In this document: piece by piece, positions 51,211 to 63,471 of the stretch
How the letters are laid out: the number at the start of each line of letters is the position of its first letter
Numbering within the stretch: position 1 is the stretch's first letter
Assembly: GCF_003918875.1 (NCBI RefSeq)
Contig: NW_025766059.1
Span: 372,001 to 436,000, forward strand
From: Haliotis rubra
Taxonomy: Eukaryota
Reading direction: 5' to 3'
DNA: 64,000 bases
Translations under genes and position numbers: made by a program
Notes under the pieces: generated by a model
Databases searched by the model: none
Told to the model about the DNA's origin: nothing
Seen by the model: only the letters and a program-made list of their open reading frames with translations

Positions 51211-52039
51211 TGCCATCCCAAAATAGAATCGCATAGGCCAGAAATCTGTTGCGAAAATGTTCTTTTTCAAACATGTATAACTCGTCCACAAATAGACTTT
51301 AGTGCATGAATTTTTACACCAGTTTAGAAGAAGGTAATGTCTTTACAACCAAGTGGATACTTTTAGATGACGGAGACGTTAAGCGCGATGGTGACGACGT
51401 AGCACGGTCCCGACGTCGTTCCGTACAGTTTGACCGGATATCCTCCGAAGTCCAGGCACCCTGGCTGCTGTGCTCTCACCCATGGCAGCACTACAAATGT
51501 AGTACCCGGATGTACCGATCTTGGGCTGCAGTGGTGACTCGAGGTCTGCCTGTACGGGGACGGGTATTTGTTATTCCTGTTTGGTTGTAACGAGCTGCAA
51601 GCCGTGATATCGTGCTCAGACTTCAGACGCCTAGCAACAGAAGATTGGTTATCTCCAGTGTGCATTCTTTCAATGGCGATGTTCCTTGTCGAAGAGTCAA
51701 GACGTGGCGTAGTCATTTGACCTTGAAACTCCTTCAAAACGAATGCCAATTTCCGAAAGTAATCTGGATTTTTATTGCCAGACAGTGCATGCTCGTTGCT
51801 ACACAATTTCAACTGGAAGGTGATTTCTGTTGCGTTGTGGCGATGCCTATTTGATCCCTTGTAAGAAATCTCATCAAAATCAACATTTTCAGGTAAAATC
51901 GATTTTTTACTTGTGCAATTGTGTAAAATCATGTCATGAACACTTCTGTTACATATTTTGACGATTGTTTGAACACAATAGGTACTTAATAGATTATTAA
52001 AAAAACAAATCGCCTATGCGTTTCTTTTTGGGGATAGTA
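51211..52039 (-). mobile_element. Degenerate non-autonomous Tc1 element
   Basis: Degenerate TIRs (ccatcccaaaatagaatcgcatagg / cctatgcgtttctttttggggatagta); N-terminal HTH remnant PRLDSSTRNIAIERMHTGDNQSSVARR. Confidence 0.75.
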
Positions 52040-52736
52040 TATATATGTATAGGTAAATTTAAACAGACATGTTACCAGGAGAAAGATTAACTCTTCGACG
52101 TTTTTGATGAGTGCAAGAAACATCTCATACCCAAATCCTAAGGACGATGGGTGGCGGGAACATGGCGTTACGGAGCTCACAATTACTGCTGACTCTGGAA
52201 ATCTGTGTCATTTTTGTGTGAGATGTTTTGAAACGTATCGAGAAAAGAATTTACGCCAGTGAACCACGTCTGTATTCCAAACCCTTCATAAACCCTGTAC
52301 ACGTTTGATAATGGAAGCTCGTCTTTCCAGAGGTCAAGGTGAACGCATGATTCAGGAACAGTATGCAAACAACACAGTAAAGTTCATCGAAAGAGGCCTT
52401 TGACGTAGGGCCTTGTAGAGCGCCCAGTCCAATTCCAAGATTTTGACACATTTACAAGAGATACCTGAAGTATTACAGAGACTACTCTTTGTATAACATA
52501 AAACCCATTTTGCGTGGATAATCGACAATCTTTATTCTCATTCGTTGATGTTTTATCTAATAAACGTATCATCTTTTGGTGTTATATTTTTCATAAAATG
52601 TGCACAGGACATTTAAAAGCCTGCTTTAAAGTCACCCTTGTTACTAAGGCACATTGAAACATATTGACACAAGTCACAAAATACAAGGCTAAAAGGTTGA
52701 CCGAAAATCTTCATGGTTCTCTTTAAGGCAAAATCA

Positions 52737-55282
52737 TTAAGGAATGGTCTCATAGACATGGCTGTCGCTGACGGATGCTGGGTACTCGGATGTAGGACTT
52801 GGGGTCTTCTTCATTGTCGGTGGGTCGACCTGGGGAGGTGAGGCCTTCCTGGAGTTAGGGACGTAGGCTGGTGCCGTGGGCTTTATGGAGACTATTTGTG
52901 TTGGTGGCGAGTAGGGTGGGGGAGGGTAACTTAGTCCCGCCGGTGGGGCGCCACCTGGGTGTGGCTGAGCAGGGTAACCGTACCCAGGGTTAAAGGCCGG
53001 TTTCGGAGTACCTGGATCAAATAAATTACATAGTAGATCAGAAAACAACCAATTAACCAGGCATATTAGGTTCTGAAATACTCTAATGAAACCGCCAATG
53101 AATCCGCTAGTGAATCCGTTAAAGCTATCAAGTTCTGTTCACAACTGAACTTTAACATATTTTTATTTAAGCCAGAGCCACGTTCCACTCCAAAACTCGT
53201 AAGCTTTTCGCCCAGAGACCCGTCCCACAGAGCCTTTTAAGTTCTAAGACGATCGAAAGCCTAAATATAGGCCACCGCCACCGCCACCGTCACCGTCACC
53301 GTCACCGTCAACGCACTCAGCAATATTCCAGCTGTATGATGGCGGTCTGTAAATACTCGTGTCTGGACCAGACAATCCAGTGATCAACATCCTGAGAATC
53401 GATCTACGCAGTTGGGATACGATGACATGTGTCAGCCAAGTAAGCAAGCCTGACCACCCGATCCCGTTAGTCGCCTCTTATGACAAGGTTGGGTTGCTGA
53501 AGACCAATTCTAACCTCGGTGCCAAAGAACAAAGGTTTCAGTAAGTGCTGTTTGTACCTGATGGTTTGACAGCTCGTTTGTTTGTCTTCACAGCTCGGCC
53601 TTGTTCTCTTCTCGAAGACTTCCGGCAACACACGCAGTACAGAGTGATTCCGACGATAATTCCGATGAGAGCGACGACCCCAACGGCGATGCCAGCAACC
53701 GCGGGAGTCGACAAACCAGACGTGGTAGCGCTGAAATGTGAAACGTTGATAATGCAAGGGGCCATGGGTAACTTGGTGGTTAGAGCGTTCGCTGAAGACT
53801 AGGTTCAATTTTCCTCATGGGCACACTGTGTGGAGCCAAATATTCCACCAATATTACTAAAATGGCCACAAAACACGAGTGGTCCTGTTATTTCAGGCAT
53901 TCCCCCAATATTCGCAGCCCATAGGGTCAATGAGTATTCCAGCAACATCTGAAACGGGTTTCACATTTTGTACCCATCTGTGGAATCGAATCCGGGTCTT
54001 CGGCGCGACGAGCGAACGATTTAACCACTCCACTGCCTCACCGCTCCCATATGCGTTTTAGAATCTTATGATCGTTAAGGATATAATCACTGTTGCCATG
54101 TTGTCTCGTGGTCATCGTCGACGACCGCCATCACTGAGAGACTTTCCCCCAATGAAACGACGTGGCATAAGCTAAGACTGCCAAGCGTGGCTTCAGATCA
54201 AACACACTCACTATTTTCATTTTCAAATGTATCGTGCCATAATTAGTTCAAGTTGTCAGAGTTCAAATAATTCGGATTCACTATGTAGTCATCATTCTTT
54301 AGTAACACATCAAATGTCATGACAAAATATACCATGCTTCTCAGAGTCAACGCCATTACAGTGATTGCAGGTATGTCGCTCTAATTCCATGTTTACTTTT
54401 CAACCTGGAACCTGGATAATTGTTGATTCGTCATGGTTCGAGACAACACTAACCATGTAGACGTCAGCCAGTACAGACACCTGACATGCTTGACATACAG
54501 CCAACACCTTGCCGGTGTTCAATGTAGTCATCTCATATTTTTCCATACCAGCCAATAGTTCGTTTGATTCTACACTGACTGTTTTACCGAGAATGCCAAT
54601 GTTAGAATGCATGGTCGTTTACGCCAAAGTCGCATTACACTTATTTGATGGTATGTGTTCATACCTAAATTGATAAGACCTTTTGTGTTCAGCGTCTCTG
54701 ATGGTGTAAGGGCATACCGTCATCATCGTAACCATCTGATTTGACCAGCATGGACGCCTGGTGCTGTTTGTTTTTAACTCACCTTGTAGAGCAACAATAC
54801 CGCGAGTCAATGTTCCCACAGCATCGGTCAGCACATGTCAGTTTCTTCTCTGGTCCATTGTCGGGTCTGCCCCCAGGGCTTGCACCTGACCGTTTCTGTC
54901 GCATGTAGCATTCTTCATATGCCAATGCTGAATAAGATGAACCGTGCACTTACTTAATGGTGTCAGCCATACAATTTACATAAATAACATAATCTAAACA
55001 AGAAAGACTGTAACTACAGAACACACACATAGAATGAGTTGAACCATATATTTTAGCTTGTAAGGAACATCATACTGAACAAAATTAATCAGTCTCTCTT
55101 TCTCCGCACACAAAGTAAACACTTTAAAGAAGGTTATCTATCACCTCTATAATATAATCAAAATCATGGTTATTTTTGTACACTATTTTGTATAAATCTG
55201 TCTACACAGATGGTATGTAACTATGCTACTCACACACTGTGATCAGGACAGAGAGGATGAAGGCATCATGCAAGGAGACCAT
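52737..55282 (-). CDS. G5: intact STMC6/Shisa-like paralog, 213 aa, PPPY motif and C-terminal HVYETI
   Basis: Exons 55282-55234 (MVSLHDAFILSVLITV), 54927-54783 (SLAYEECYMRQKRSG...KKLTCADRCCGNIDSRYCCST), 53730-53558 (TM AVAGIAVGVVALIGIIVGITLYCVCC), 53011-52737 (GTPKPAFNPGYGY...YPPPPYSPP...SHVYETIP*). Total 642 nt, open, GT-AG, phases 1/2/1. Confidence 0.87.
53310..53516 (-). mobile_element. Long SINE family copy (G5 intron 3)
   Basis: Reverse complement similar to 42493-42727. Confidence 0.82.
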
Positions 55283-56199
55283 CTTTTCCCAGTGTAAATG
55301 TAAACTGTCACTGGTGTATGACCGTGTTTTCAGTACGAGAGGTGACGTGGTTTCTCATGTAAACACGCCCTGATGTGAAACTATAAGGTCTATCCTTAGT
55401 GTCGTCAGTGGTGCACGGCGTTCAGTACATGTTGTTGTGGGTTGTTGTTTTCAGTTCGGTGCTGGCTGCTTGTTTGATTCTATTTGATAAAATATATAAT
55501 AATATGCTCCATGAACTGACAGTTTTCAATGATTGTATTGGGTTTGTTGCATTTTATACCATCACTTTCAAGAAGCTGAGATTGAAGGAGATAAAAGGAA
55601 CTAAAGGTTCACAGAGAATAAATCTTTTCTGTAAAATAATATACACAAATACTACATTGCTCTTATCAAGGAATCTTTCTATGTTAAAGACTAAATCTGG
55701 ACTGTAACCTTGTGTTTTACATTTTTTTGACACTGTAGGTCTAACAGAGATGTGGATTCAGAAGTCGGACGTTTTATTCCAAACTAGGCCAGCTCTGAAT
55801 ATCCAGGATAACAATGATTTCCACAGAATAGACTTCTTCCTGTTACTTGAGACGCAGTGTGAGATGAGGGGCAAGAGTAACCTCCCCTGGAAACCTAAGA
55901 AACAGCAGAACTTTCCATAATGGTCTGGGTCAGAGAAGGGTCATAGTACATTCTATAACTCTGTCTAAATATTGCACAAGTAAAGGTAGCGCTTACACAA
56001 TGAAAAGCCATGCAGAAGGTGAACGATGGCAGAAAAATGTTCGGTGTCATGGTCAGGATTAAAAACGCTGAAAAGATATGTTATGAGTGACAACCAGAGT
56101 TACTGGTCAAATAGTTAAGTCATGATGCTATAGTTAAAATGGGCCTTACTGTGATGCATACCGATTAGTTTGTCGTATTAAACGTTTCTAGTTTCTAGA

Positions 56200-57400
56200 G
56201 ATGGTGTATTCATATTCCAAGATGGAGCTCCTGAATGTTTCAAATCAGACCGGTGACTTTCCATGTAGTGTAGTGAAGATCTAGTTCCTCTGGGACAGAA
56301 CGAAGTGAGGAGGCCAACATTCTGGATTATTTTGAAGGCCGTCTTGGGATTGCTGTTTGGATTGGGGGCTAGAAATTAATACGGTCATACAGAGGCAAGG
56401 GTAAATGAATGTACGTATTTTCGCCGAGCATATTTTCTATCTTCTGGAAGCTAACATCGACACGTTCGGAATCGCAACACAATCCATTAACACTGACTTT
56501 ACGTGCGCTTCTCTCAGTCATTTAATAACGATGTCAATTATGCAAGTTCGTTTAGATTTTAAATGGAGTAGTTTATCTTTGGGAAAATGTTTGTCTTTCG
56601 TTGTAAAAGCAGTTGATGCCCTATTTGCAAATATTGGTGAGCGAAGGTTTCATATCATATTGGTGAGTCACACTCATAAGCCGTCGAAGTAAGGAAATAC
56701 GAGTCTAAAAATAATATCGAAACTGATACATGGTATGATCATTTTAGAAAATATTACTGATGCTACAAAGGATGTTCACTTTGACTATCAGCTCGGGAAA
56801 AGTGTTACCATGACAACCTTCATCAATATTTGAATTGTAAAAAAGAAAATCAAAATGATGGGTTGAAGGAAATTAGTGTTTTTCAAACATTCTGTTTATA
56901 TTCTATCCATATACCTTCAATAGCTTTTTGTATGGTTTTATAAAAGTATTTCCCCAAAGCTTTGGCTGCAGGTATGAGTCTACACATCATGTACTGATAC
57001 ATTCAGTCATCAAGGCATTCTTCTTCGTATGTGATTCTGTTATCAATGGCAGGTTTACATTTTGGTCAGGTGGATTAAATATATCGCGGTAGAATGGACA
57101 GGTTCAAGACAATAATTACAATGGTCAGTGCACATGAATATCCTGTGATGACTATCCTCAGAAATAGATTTGGTGCAGAGCGCACATTGGTTGTGAGGAT
57201 CATGCGAATGGATACCTGGAAATTAAAGCAAGATTCTTTCATATTTATAAAAATACAAGGCACAAGAAATAAGGGAACCCCCCAAGTGGAATTTATAGTT
57301 GAAACAATGCTACATAAAAGTTGCAAGCTGATTGCATTCGAACCCACATCGGAAATCACTTATGGCTGACACGAGAGTCAGTACCATATTACTTTTACAT
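56200..57400 (-). mobile_element. Highly degenerate CR1/L2-like LINE remnant
   Basis: TWGVP..LVPCIFIN resembles GVPQGSILGP; scattered RT-like fragments. Confidence 0.35.
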
Positions 57401-57480
57401 GATACACGTGCATCATGCACCACACGTGCATTCTAGCCTATAAAACTGACAGTAAGCGTGTCCCTCTATCTCTTGTGAAA

Positions 57481-57700
57481 ATGCCACCTCGACAGTATCT
57501 GACAAACGCACAGAAATGGCAGGCCATTGGCATGATAGAGGGTGGACAATCTCAGAATAATGTTGCTCTGTTCTTCAGGAACCCTAAAAGCGTCATTTCC
57601 CGTCTCATCAAATTTAACGTCAGACAGGGGGCTTTAAAGTAAGGACCGGTCGAGGAAGACGCCCTAAAACCAACCCAGACAAGGCAAAATCCTAAACTGC
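57481..57700 (+). mobile_element. Tc1 transposase N-terminal remnant
   Basis: MPPRQYLTNAQKWQAIGMIEGGQSQNNVALFF...SVISRL...GRGRRPK paired-like HTH. Confidence 0.65.
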
Positions 57701-58437
57701 TAAAGAGAAAAGTGTTTACGTCATGCAGACAACGCACTTGTCACGTTGACCGGTGGTACAGCTGTATTTTGCTCTGTCATGCAGTCCAAAGGGCATGTTG
57801 TCTATTTGTGAATAACAAACAAATATTTCAGAAATTTCTTTTCAAATTATGAATTTGGAAAGATTGAAACACGTAAATGGTTCAATCAGTGACATTGTTT
57901 TGTTACGAAAACATTGGGCACAACTTCTGAGATACGAACTTTGAACATAATGCATGTAGTTACGGCTAGCAACCACTTATGTTATCTTGTATTGTGTCTG
58001 TATTGACTCAAGTTTTTTCTGCTGATAACATCACGTGTGCTGCCCTTGTCTGAGCGGCGCTAGACACCCGTTTAGCATATACAGCTTACAATTACTTAAC
58101 AAGTGTTATCGACGCATTGGGTTGTTACATATCAGGCATTTGTCGACAACCAGAGTAGGCTATGGTGGAGTTGGAGTAAGTGTGCTGCTGTTTGGACATC
58201 TGGTCTCAGGTAGGTGTGACACGTATTCTTTGTAACCTATACAATTATAAAAAATGACATAATTTCCAACAGGCCCAACATTTCTGACACAATCTTACCC
58301 AAATTACGTTAATTGTATTAACCGTATTAGTTACACGTACGACCCATACAGGTTACCTGATGTATTTCCTAAATATGTTTCAAATATCAAATGCTTTTAA
58401 ATATTTTGAGGTAAGGATTGTTTTTTTTCATTTTGTG

Positions 58438-58535
58438 GAAGCTGCGGTGGCTGTGTGGGTTAGATCGCTGACTTTGTGTGCTGGCGATTGCCTGACAATG
58501 AGAGTGTGGGTTCGAATCCCGAAAACGACCCAACC
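58438..58535 (+). mobile_element. tRNA-derived SINE head, different family
   Basis: A-box TGGCTGTGTGG and B-box GTTCGAATCC with an over-long spacer; not a clean cloverleaf. Confidence 0.45.
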
Positions 58536-58749
58536 TAAAACAAGTGCTAGAATCTCTAACGCTTCGAAATGCGTTTTACTACGCGCGATTTGATTGGTTT
58601 GCCACGATTCATGGCAATAATGGCGTACGATAGGGGTACGAATCGTCTTGTAGGTCACGGAAAGAGGCGAGTAGTTACGAATGTCTAACACCTGTGGTTC
58701 TGTGAAGCTCACCTCATCTCCAATATGATAGACACTTTGTTCACGGTTT

Positions 58750-59085
58750 GGGGCGGTGGGGTAGCCTAGTGGTTAAAGCGTTGGCTCGTCACGCCAAAAC
58801 GACGTCTCAATAGATAACGTGTTATTACAGTAAATATATTAAACTTCTTTGGATCTCGATGTAGAAATTAAAATACGCAAGAGGTTAAGTTTCCCATCAA
58901 TCTATCCTATAACTGATCGGGTAGAGTTGGTTAACGTTCGTCACGTCGGAAGACCTGGGTCCGAATCCCCGTGCCGTGACATGGGCACAATGTTGTGAAG
59001 CCCATTTCAGTCAGGTGTCCCCTGCCGTGATGTTGCTGGAATATTGCTAAAAGTGGCGTAAAACCAAACTCAATCAGTCAGTCAG
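58750..59085 (+). mobile_element. Short SINE head followed by a composite SINE with a non-tRNA 5' extension
   Basis: Segment 58800-58930 recurs in reverse at 35930-36045, joined to the same SINE 3' part. Confidence 0.7.
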
Positions 59086-59124
59086 TTGTTCATGGTTTCG
59101 TAACACAGTCGTTCTGATAAAACG

Positions 59125-59365
59125 GTAGTCACCCTTGGTTGACAAAAGCGACGTCTGTAATCAACGACATATGCCTCTCGATATCGTGATTGTAATCTGC
59201 TTATTAGTTACTGTATTTGATGAAACGGTTGTCGCCCTTGGTTTACCAGACGTCTGTTATCAACGCCATATGCCTCTGATATCGTGATCTGCTCTCTGAT
59301 TATCGTCGCCCTTGGTTGACCAGACGTCTTATCAACGCCATATGCCTCTCGATATCGTGATTTGC
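59125..59365 (+). repeat. Three imperfect copies of an approximately 60-bp unit
   Basis: gtcgcccttggttgaccagacgtct...atcaacgccatatgcctctcgatatcgtgat. Confidence 0.8.
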
Positions 59366-60867
59366 TAATTGGTGACTGTGAAATGTTAAAAGTTGCCACA
59401 ATGAGCTGTCATGTTGCAACTTCCTACATGCCACTTGCTCGTAGCTGTTCGTGACTTGACAACAAAATGTATGGTATTTCAACATGGTGTAATGAGTGAT
59501 ATATTTAGTATGTCATGAATTAAGATGTGATGTGTTGAAAAGTCATGTTATTTTGGTTAATTATGATATTATTGCCTAACTGTTCCATTTCACTCAATTA
59601 TCGTTATTCTGCTGGATCACCAAACTCACAATACCCCGAATAAACGATTGAGCCCCCCAGACATCATTCGTCATTCGTTCCGGCGAATATAGCTATTACA
59701 TAGACAAAGGTCAAGATTCTCAAGTTTGCAAAGTGAACAACTCGCCCCATGTTGAAGACATTTGAACTCACACTTGATTACAATTACCAAATATCGTCCT
59801 AAAATCTGTGTGTATGTGTACTGCGAATATTGCGCAGGAAGTAAGTGGATATCATGGCCATTTGATAGCACAACAGAGGGGGCAGATCCTCTTTATAGAT
59901 ATAGATAGTGTTGTGCCCATTAGGTGCTTGTTCATATCAGACGTGTGTCATGTGCATCCAGGCTTCACCCTACACACGCCAAGTATCGCTTTCAAACCGG
60001 AAGTTGCGAAGTGTTTATAAGGTCATTTATCCTATTTATAATCATGTAGTCGGTTATGAAATATTATAGATAGATATTTACCGTGGGTTACATATGTCTG
60101 TAATAATATGCTCCTTATCAAACCCGTGAACCCGTGAATATTCGGGTCAGAACTGATTTTCGATCGAAAGAGGCGAGGCGACTAAAGGGATCTACTGGCC
60201 AGGCTCGCTTATTTCGTATTCCAATTTCGTAGATCAATGCTTTTTTTTGGGGGGGGGGGGGGAGATATTGTTTGTGTGTAATAACGCCATTCGTTATCTG
60301 AACAATGATCCGATACAATGCGTTACAACGTGCATATACAGTGTATCCCTAGACACACTCAGATGACAAATATAATTATCTTACCTTCATGTAAAATACT
60401 TAAATTTCATTGGTCAATGGCGCTTTAACAAGATTCCCTGTCACCCCTCTCAGGAAGGTGACAACTGGAAAAAATATTACCCGCTCCCACGGTAACCTCC
60501 AAGCTCCCCGCCTAGAAGATGAAGCGTTAACAATCGTATGACGTCATAATATGACGCATGCCGTGCACTGAATTCGAAAAAACGTTCGATCAGCTGCTTT
60601 TGAGTTCGCTTTGTACAGATTTATTTAACCGACTTTAGTCGGAAGCGATCTTCCATATAAAATAAAATGAAATTTTGTACATTTAACATGGCGATAAGAT
60701 AAATACGTTGTGTGCTTGTCCCTCGGGTAATACGGTCTGATGTACGCCATTTTGTAGCAGTGTCATCCCTTTGCTGTGTCCGAATGTGTATGTTAATGGC
60801 ATGTATACTCTTACAAAAATGTAGGGTAACTTCATTTTTAATTTACGATTGAAACCATTGGGAGATA

Positions 60868-62241
60868 AACTCTGTCAAAAAAAGAAACGCAACCCCTGTA
60901 TTTTAGAGATTTTGATCTGAAGTTTTAAGACGACACAGCATTGTTATTATTTAAGACAGAAGTCTGAAATTTGGCAGAATAATAACCAAGATGGGCATGT
61001 TTAAAATTGTCATTTCAAAAGTCATCTCACAGACACCAGTTTGTCACCAGGGGGGGCGTCTTTCTCAGTATCTCGTATGAGCACCACGAGCTGCAATCAC
61101 TGCACGGCATCTCCTTGGACAAGAACGGATAAGACGCCGGATTCTTTCCTGGGGAATGGCTCTCCACTCCTCCTGCAGTGCAACGCCGAGCTGTTGCAGC
61201 GTCTGTGGCGGCGGCTGACGTTGACGTACGCGTCGACCCAGAGTATCCCACAGGTGTTCAATAGGGTTGAGGTCTGGTGATTTAGAGGGCTATGGCAAGA
61301 CATTGACGTTGGAATTCTGCAGAAAGTTCATTGTTGCACGTGCAGTATGAGGCCGGGCGTTGTCTGGTTGAAAAATCTGTGTCTGTTGGTCAATAATCGG
61401 GAGAAGGTGAGGCTCCTATACACACGTTTTCTTCCGTCGTGATGTTGCAAAAGAAAACGGGATTCATCAGAAAACCAGATGCGCCTCCAGTTTTGTAAAG
61501 TCCATATCCTTACGTTGTTGCACCACCTGAGTCGTCGGCGGAGATGTAGGGGGCGTAGTACAGGTCCAACAACTGGTCTACAGGCACGTAAACCCGCTTC
61601 TTTCAGACGGTTCCTAATCGTTTGAGCTGACACTCTCCTCAAACCTGGTATTTGTGTGGCAGTCACGGTTGGTAGGGCATGCCGATTACGCAGGTGATGG
61701 ACCCGGATGTACCGATCTTGAAGGGGGGGTCGTGATTCTTGGCCTTCCACTTCTCGGGCGATCGTTGGTCAAATTGAAGTTGTTGTAGCGGCTCCAAAGT
61801 CGGGATATCGTTGTTTTGTGAACATTTAGGTGCCGTGCAACAGTTCCAAAACTTTCTCCGGCTTGAACACGACCAATGGCGATATTTCGGTCGGCAGCAC
61901 TCAATCGTGGCATTTTTCACACAGCTTTTCGGCGACAAATGAATGAATATAATACGAAAGCACATGGGCTTTTATACACCCCTACATTAACTGCCATTTT
62001 CATGATTTGCATGTGTTTTTTTTGTGCGAAGTCACCATGAGGGTCATTTCATGCGTTGTGACGGAATAAGCAATAAAATACACTTATGCGTACAAATGCA
62101 GTTGTTTGGATGGTAATCTTCATTAATTACGTGTATAATTTCAATACATTCGAATAACATTTAGTTTGGAAGCAATAACTTCATTCAAACGAATTTTTCA
62201 TATCTGAGGACAGGGGTTGCGTTTCTTTTTTTGACAGAGTT
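60868..62241 (-). mobile_element. Tc1/mariner DNA transposon, internally deleted and frameshifted
   Basis: Perfect 32-bp TIRs (60868-60899 and 62210-62241), TA on both flanks; transposase remnant 61913 to about 61027 (MPRLS...GRPR, WFSDESRF, DNARPH, SPDLNPIEHLW). Confidence 0.95.
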
Positions 62242-63353
62242 TATATCCGAGTCAACCAATGTTCATATGATAATAATGAATGTTTTGAGGGTGCATCACC
62301 ACTTGCACTTCATTATGACCATTGTTCATCTTGAAAAATGATTGGTGCATACCGTGAAATTTGCATGTGTACGATTTTCATTTATAAACAAGCAAACACA
62401 AACGGCTAGAAACAAACAGTAGCAACTGTGTGATGCAAGATGATTGTCAAAATTAATGGTCTACAGTGATTTATCGACCTTCTTGAAAACCGTCAAAATC
62501 AAGAATGACACCCCATGCACGTTTATGGGGCTTCTGTGTTGTGCACGTGCATCCCATGCGTTGTGTTTAGGGGTGGTGATAAAGAAATATGGTGGCGCGT
62601 TCATAAGATGTGTGTCATTGAAACGTTTGTTAACGCTTATACTATCTATCCAAATTGAAAGTTCAGATTACCCTACTTTAAGATTATGTATTTCAATCAA
62701 TATTAACTATCTAATATATCATGGTATCTCATATCATTATATAAAGCTATTTTCGATAGTCTGAAAAAAACATTATTTGACAATGAATCTTCATAGAAAT
62801 AGGTTTGATGACATGAAAAGTTTGCAAAAGAAAGAGTTTTTTCAAACATCAATGAGTTATTAGATATGCTTTTGAATTATTAAGATACATTATAGATTCT
62901 TACTTATATCACCATATACGAACATGAAATTAGTCAATGTATCAAATCTTTACGAAGTATAAAAGCCAGCGGTCTGATGATATTAATCAAGGAGACACAG
63001 TGTTAAAGCCACTCTCTACGCTCCTGTACATTTTCGGACTGAAAATGAGCTAATGACGCTGCATAAGTAAGGCGGCAAATTCCTTCCTTCAGACCATATT
63101 TACCATCTTCACTTTGGAAATTATTTGAGAGATTTGTAAACATTTTCATGACCATTTGCAGTCGACTTCATCAGCCAAATGCTCACAAACATCTCATTGG
63201 TAGTTTATCCCAAGATACGAAACTGTCTACCCATATTGACAATATACGCTACTCTGAAATAATATTCTTTTAAATAGATCAACAGTATCTTTTCCGAAAC
63301 GCATCTGAAGTTTGGGATAACTGTACGTACGTCAACTCTGATATTCTGGGAAG

Positions 63354-63438
63354 GATTCAACTGGAAATAGAATAGGTACCAGATTCAACTGGAAATAGAA
63401 TAGGTACCAGATTCAACTGGAAATAGAATAGGTACCAG
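63354..63438 (+). repeat. 28-bp unit x3
   Basis: gattcaactggaaatagaataggtacca repeated. Confidence 0.9.
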
Positions 63439-63471
63439 TCTTCCTCTGTACGATTCCCGAAATAGTTTATA

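Noticed and set aside
55999-56051. Alternative hydrophobic first exon for G5 (MTPNIFLPSFTFCMAFHC)
   Set aside because: The strong donor gives phase 0, incompatible with the phase-1 Cys exon, and a canonical 49-bp exon already exists.
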